Positions 61,427-64,000 of a stretch of 64,000 bases of DNA are shown one piece after another (the first letter of the stretch is position 1; every line of letters starts with the position of its first letter). Made by a program: the position numbers and the translations under genes. The DNA is from Bythopirellula sp. (GTDB lineage Bacteria > Planctomycetota > Planctomycetia > Pirellulales > Lacipirellulaceae), in NCBI GenBank assembly GCA_965216565.1, contig OZ244170.1, positions 1,760,001-1,824,000 of the forward strand, in the 5' to 3' direction. The notes beneath the pieces were generated by a model. The model was not told the DNA's origin and ran no database searches. It saw only the letters and a list, made by a program, of their open reading frames with translations.

Positions 61427-63289
61427 ATGACACGAGTTTTTCTGCAAACCGATTCGACAGAATCACAAGCTGTGCTCCCGGTTTTGTTTTACCAGAAGCA
61501 TCAGCGTGTGCTGGCTACTCCTCTTGACACTAAGCTGGAGATTGGGCGCCAGCGTTCCGGCGAGCCGGGACCCCCACGGCGCATCGATCGCGCCGACTCC
61601 GCACGGGTCATCTTGGCCCCGATTGACGACGTCGACGTTTCGCGTTCTCACGTAGCTCTGACGCCGTTGGAAAAAGGCAATCAAATAGAGGTGGAGAATC
61701 TCAGTCGCTCGCAAATCGTCCGTCTCTCACCAGACGAAGTGCTGGAACCCGGCCAAAAGACGATCGTCGAACCGCCTCTGCTTGCTCAGTTTAGTAGCTA
61801 CGCAGTTCGCGTCGAACCGCCTGAAGAAGAAGACGATTTGCAATTGCAGCCTCTCCCCGAGCGGACGTTGCCGCCAGGACGCAAATCAATCGAAGCCGGT
61901 CTAGGTCGACTCAACATCGACACCATGGACGAGAAGTTGCTACTGCGTTGGCTGGAAACGATCCTCGGAGTATTCCAAAGTGCCGCCAATTCGCGAGACT
62001 TCCCCATGCTAGCCGCGCGAGCCTTGGTGAAAATCGTTGGTCTCGATACGGCCGCGATGTTGGAACTCACCGATGATAGCCGCTGGCGCGTGGCCGCGAT
62101 GCACTCGATTGTTGAACAACACAATGAAGACACCTGGGTTCCCAGCCAAACTTTGCTCGGCAGTGTTCGAAAAGAAAAACGCGGTTTTCGACATGTGCCA
62201 GCTAACGTATCGGATACTGCCAAGAGCCTCCAAGATATCAGTGCCCTTGTTGCAGCTCCTATACTAGACGGAAACGGCGAAGTGATCGGCGCGCTATACG
62301 GGGACCGACGTAGCGGGAGCCGATTGGACGATATCCCCGACATCTCGATGTTTGAAGCAAAGCTAGTTGAAGTTCTGGCGAGCGGAATCGCAGCCGGATT
62401 GGCTCGCGTAAAAGAGGAACAAGCGGCGGTAGCTGCCCGCGTGCAGTTCGAGCAATTTTTCACTCCTCAACTTGCAGACGAGTTGGAACAAGACCCTGAA
62501 TTGTTGGAGGGTCGCGACGCGGAAATAACGCTAGTGTTCGCCGACATTCGAGGTTTTAGCGCGATCAGCGAACAACTTGGTCCCGAACTGACGATGACGC
62601 TTATTCAAGACGCAATGGGAACACTCTCAGAATGCGTGCTGGATTGCGATGGTGTCCTCGTTGATTACCTTGGCGATGAAATAATGGCCATGTGGGGTGC
62701 ACCGATTGCCCAAGCCGATCATGCAGAACTCGCTTGTCGGGCTGCGGACAAAATGATGGCTGTCCTTCCCGAACTAAGTGCCCGCTGGCAAGATAAGCTT
62801 GCCAAACCGCTACAGTTAGGCATTGGCATCAACTCGGGTGTCGCGCGCGTTGGGAACACGGGTTCAAGGCAAAAATTCAAGTACGGGCCCCTTGGCGATA
62901 CTGTCAACGTAGCCAGTCGAGTGCAAGGTGCCACAAAGTATCTGGGGGCCGACTGCCTGATCACCGGGACGACGCTTTCAGCCCTAAATTCGCCGCCGCC
63001 CAATCGTCGTCTGGCGAAAGTGCAAGTCGTGAATATCGAGCAGCCAATCGATTTGTATGAGTTGGCCTGCTCGCCACCCTCCACATGGAAGGAGCAATGC
63101 GAGCGTTATCAACAGGCTTTAGAAGCCCTAGAAAACCGCGACATGGGCACAGCGAAGCGTTTGGCCCAAGAATTGGCCTCGGATTTCAACAGCGACACGG
63201 CGGCCGCATCACTCGCACAGCGGGTTGGTGAGGCCCAGAAGGGGGAGCCTGGGTTCGACACGTCGATTTGGTGTTTGCCAGGGAAGTGA
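61427..63289 (+). CDS. Class III nucleotidyl cyclase with FHA-like and GAF domains
   Basis: EIGRQ...VSRSH (FHA), LVAAPIL..GALYGD (GAF), FADIRGFS, GDEIMA and GDTVNVASRVQ. Start uncertain (ORF open from 61202). Confidence 0.88.
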   Translation: MTRVFLQTDSTESQAVLPVLFYQKHQRVLATPLDTKLEIGRQRSGEPGPPRRIDRADSARVILAPIDDVDVSRSHVALTPLEKGNQIEVENLSRSQIVRLSPDEVLEPGQKTIVEPPLLAQFSSYAVRVEPPEEEDDLQLQPLPERTLPPGRKSIEAGLGRLNIDTMDEKLLLRWLETILGVFQSAANSRDFPMLAARALVKIVGLDTAAMLELTDDSRWRVAAMHSIVEQHNEDTWVPSQTLLGSVRKEKRGFRHVPANVSDTAKSLQDISALVAAPILDGNGEVIGALYGDRRSGSRLDDIPDISMFEAKLVEVLASGIAAGLARVKEEQAAVAARVQFEQFFTPQLADELEQDPELLEGRDAEITLVFADIRGFSAISEQLGPELTMTLIQDAMGTLSECVLDCDGVLVDYLGDEIMAMWGAPIAQADHAELACRAADKMMAVLPELSARWQDKLAKPLQLGIGINSGVARVGNTGSRQKFKYGPLGDTVNVASRVQGATKYLGADCLITGTTLSALNSPPPNRRLAKVQVVNIEQPIDLYELACSPPSTWKEQCERYQQALEALENRDMGTAKRLAQELASDFNSDTAAASLAQRVGEAQKGEPGFDTSIWCLPGK

Positions 63290-63405
63290 ATACCGTTCCA
63301 CTTGCCGGGAAGACAAAAGATCGCTATATTTTCGAGTCTGTTTAGCCGATATTATCGGCACCAGGGCCTATGGGAATCCCTTAGGCATGAAGTGAAATAA
63401 AGTTA

Positions 63406-63479
63406 GGCGCCGTAGCTCAATTGGTTAGAGTACTGGACTGTCGATCCAGTGGTTGCGGGTTCGAGTCCCGTCGGCGTCG
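63406..63479 (+). tRNA. tRNA-Asp (GUC)
   Basis: GGCGCCGTAGCTCAATTGGTTAGAGTACTGGACTGTCGATCCAGTGGTTGCGGGTTCGAGTCCCGTCGGCGTCG, anticodon GTC. CCA is not encoded. Confidence 0.95.
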
Positions 63480-63493
63480 CTTGATGAAAAGCT

Positions 63494-63531
63494 AAGCCTG
63501 CCAGTCACTTAAGACTAGTGGGCTTTCTTTC
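63494..63531 (+). terminator. Probable intrinsic terminator after tRNA-Asp
   Basis: Imperfect stem AAGCC..AGTC/GACT..GGCTT followed by TCTTTC. Confidence 0.5.
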
Positions 63532-64000
63532 TGTGAGCATCTAAATCATCGCTGTCTTCTTGTGGTCCTCCGTTGCGTTGTGGAACCACTAGATTCAGGC
63601 CTGAAAGTGCGGCCTGAGTACCAGCCGGAAGTTGGACCTAGTAAGCCTTGCTGGCGTGCTCCTGAGCGTACTTCGCATAGCTGTGGGTGGTGCTCATTGA
63701 GGTAGGGCAGTATCTCAACCGCCTGAATTTTTGGCTATCTGGGGATATAAAAATTGCTGGAAGGTGGTGATGAACGAGCGGAGTTAAACATTAGGAACGG
63801 CATTTCCAAAGAAGGGCTTAGCAATATCGAGAGAGGGCTCTTGACGTAACTTGGCTCTGAGAGAAACGTAATGAAGAGACTGTTTTGTTGCACGATCGTT
63901 CAGGGTGTCTCGATGCTAAACAGACCTAGCATGACTGCCTGCCCACCCGACTAATCTTATGTAATCAAAGTAGGGTCACGCGGCAGGATTTATAAGTGGG

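Noticed and set aside
63640..63720. Minus-strand peptide TSMSTTHSYAKYAQEHASKAY, faintly like a tyrosine-integrase C-terminus
   Set aside because: Too short, and no upstream HxLR or GH motif in frame

Overview
Bacterial chromosomal window of mostly core genes, very probably from a planctomycete (Pirellulales-like). This is inferred from a DUF1559 prepilin-type gene, a fused CcsBA and several planctomycete-style hypothetical proteins. It contains a split ebo-like cluster, a giant CcsBA cytochrome c synthase with an upstream lipoprotein, hisN, rpmB-gatCAB-SAM hydrolase-bioA-GATase, polA-coaE-rho-ribH-nusB-ftsY, a sigma54-driven amt-glnK pair, a complete F1Fo ATP synthase operon, larE, two sodium:solute symporters, an FHA-GAF class III cyclase, tRNA-Arg(UCU) and tRNA-Asp(GUC). 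I found no transposase, integrase, prophage or CRISPR array. The most unusual signals are: (1) three membrane-anchored proteins carrying isolated DNA-metabolism-type domains (Zn-ribbon/TM/ligase OB fold; TM/coiled coil/BRCT-like; HTH/acidic linker/TM); (2) a cyclase with guanylyl-type specificity residues; (3) at least seven distinct gene-less palindromic or REP-like intergenic element types, including a three-copy hairpin seen only in the atp operon; (4) a candidate structured RNA near 51.9-52.0 kb; (5) a PII protein lacking Tyr51 and an ATP synthase c subunit with a signal-peptide-like leader. All domain calls are by-eye motif recognition, not database results.
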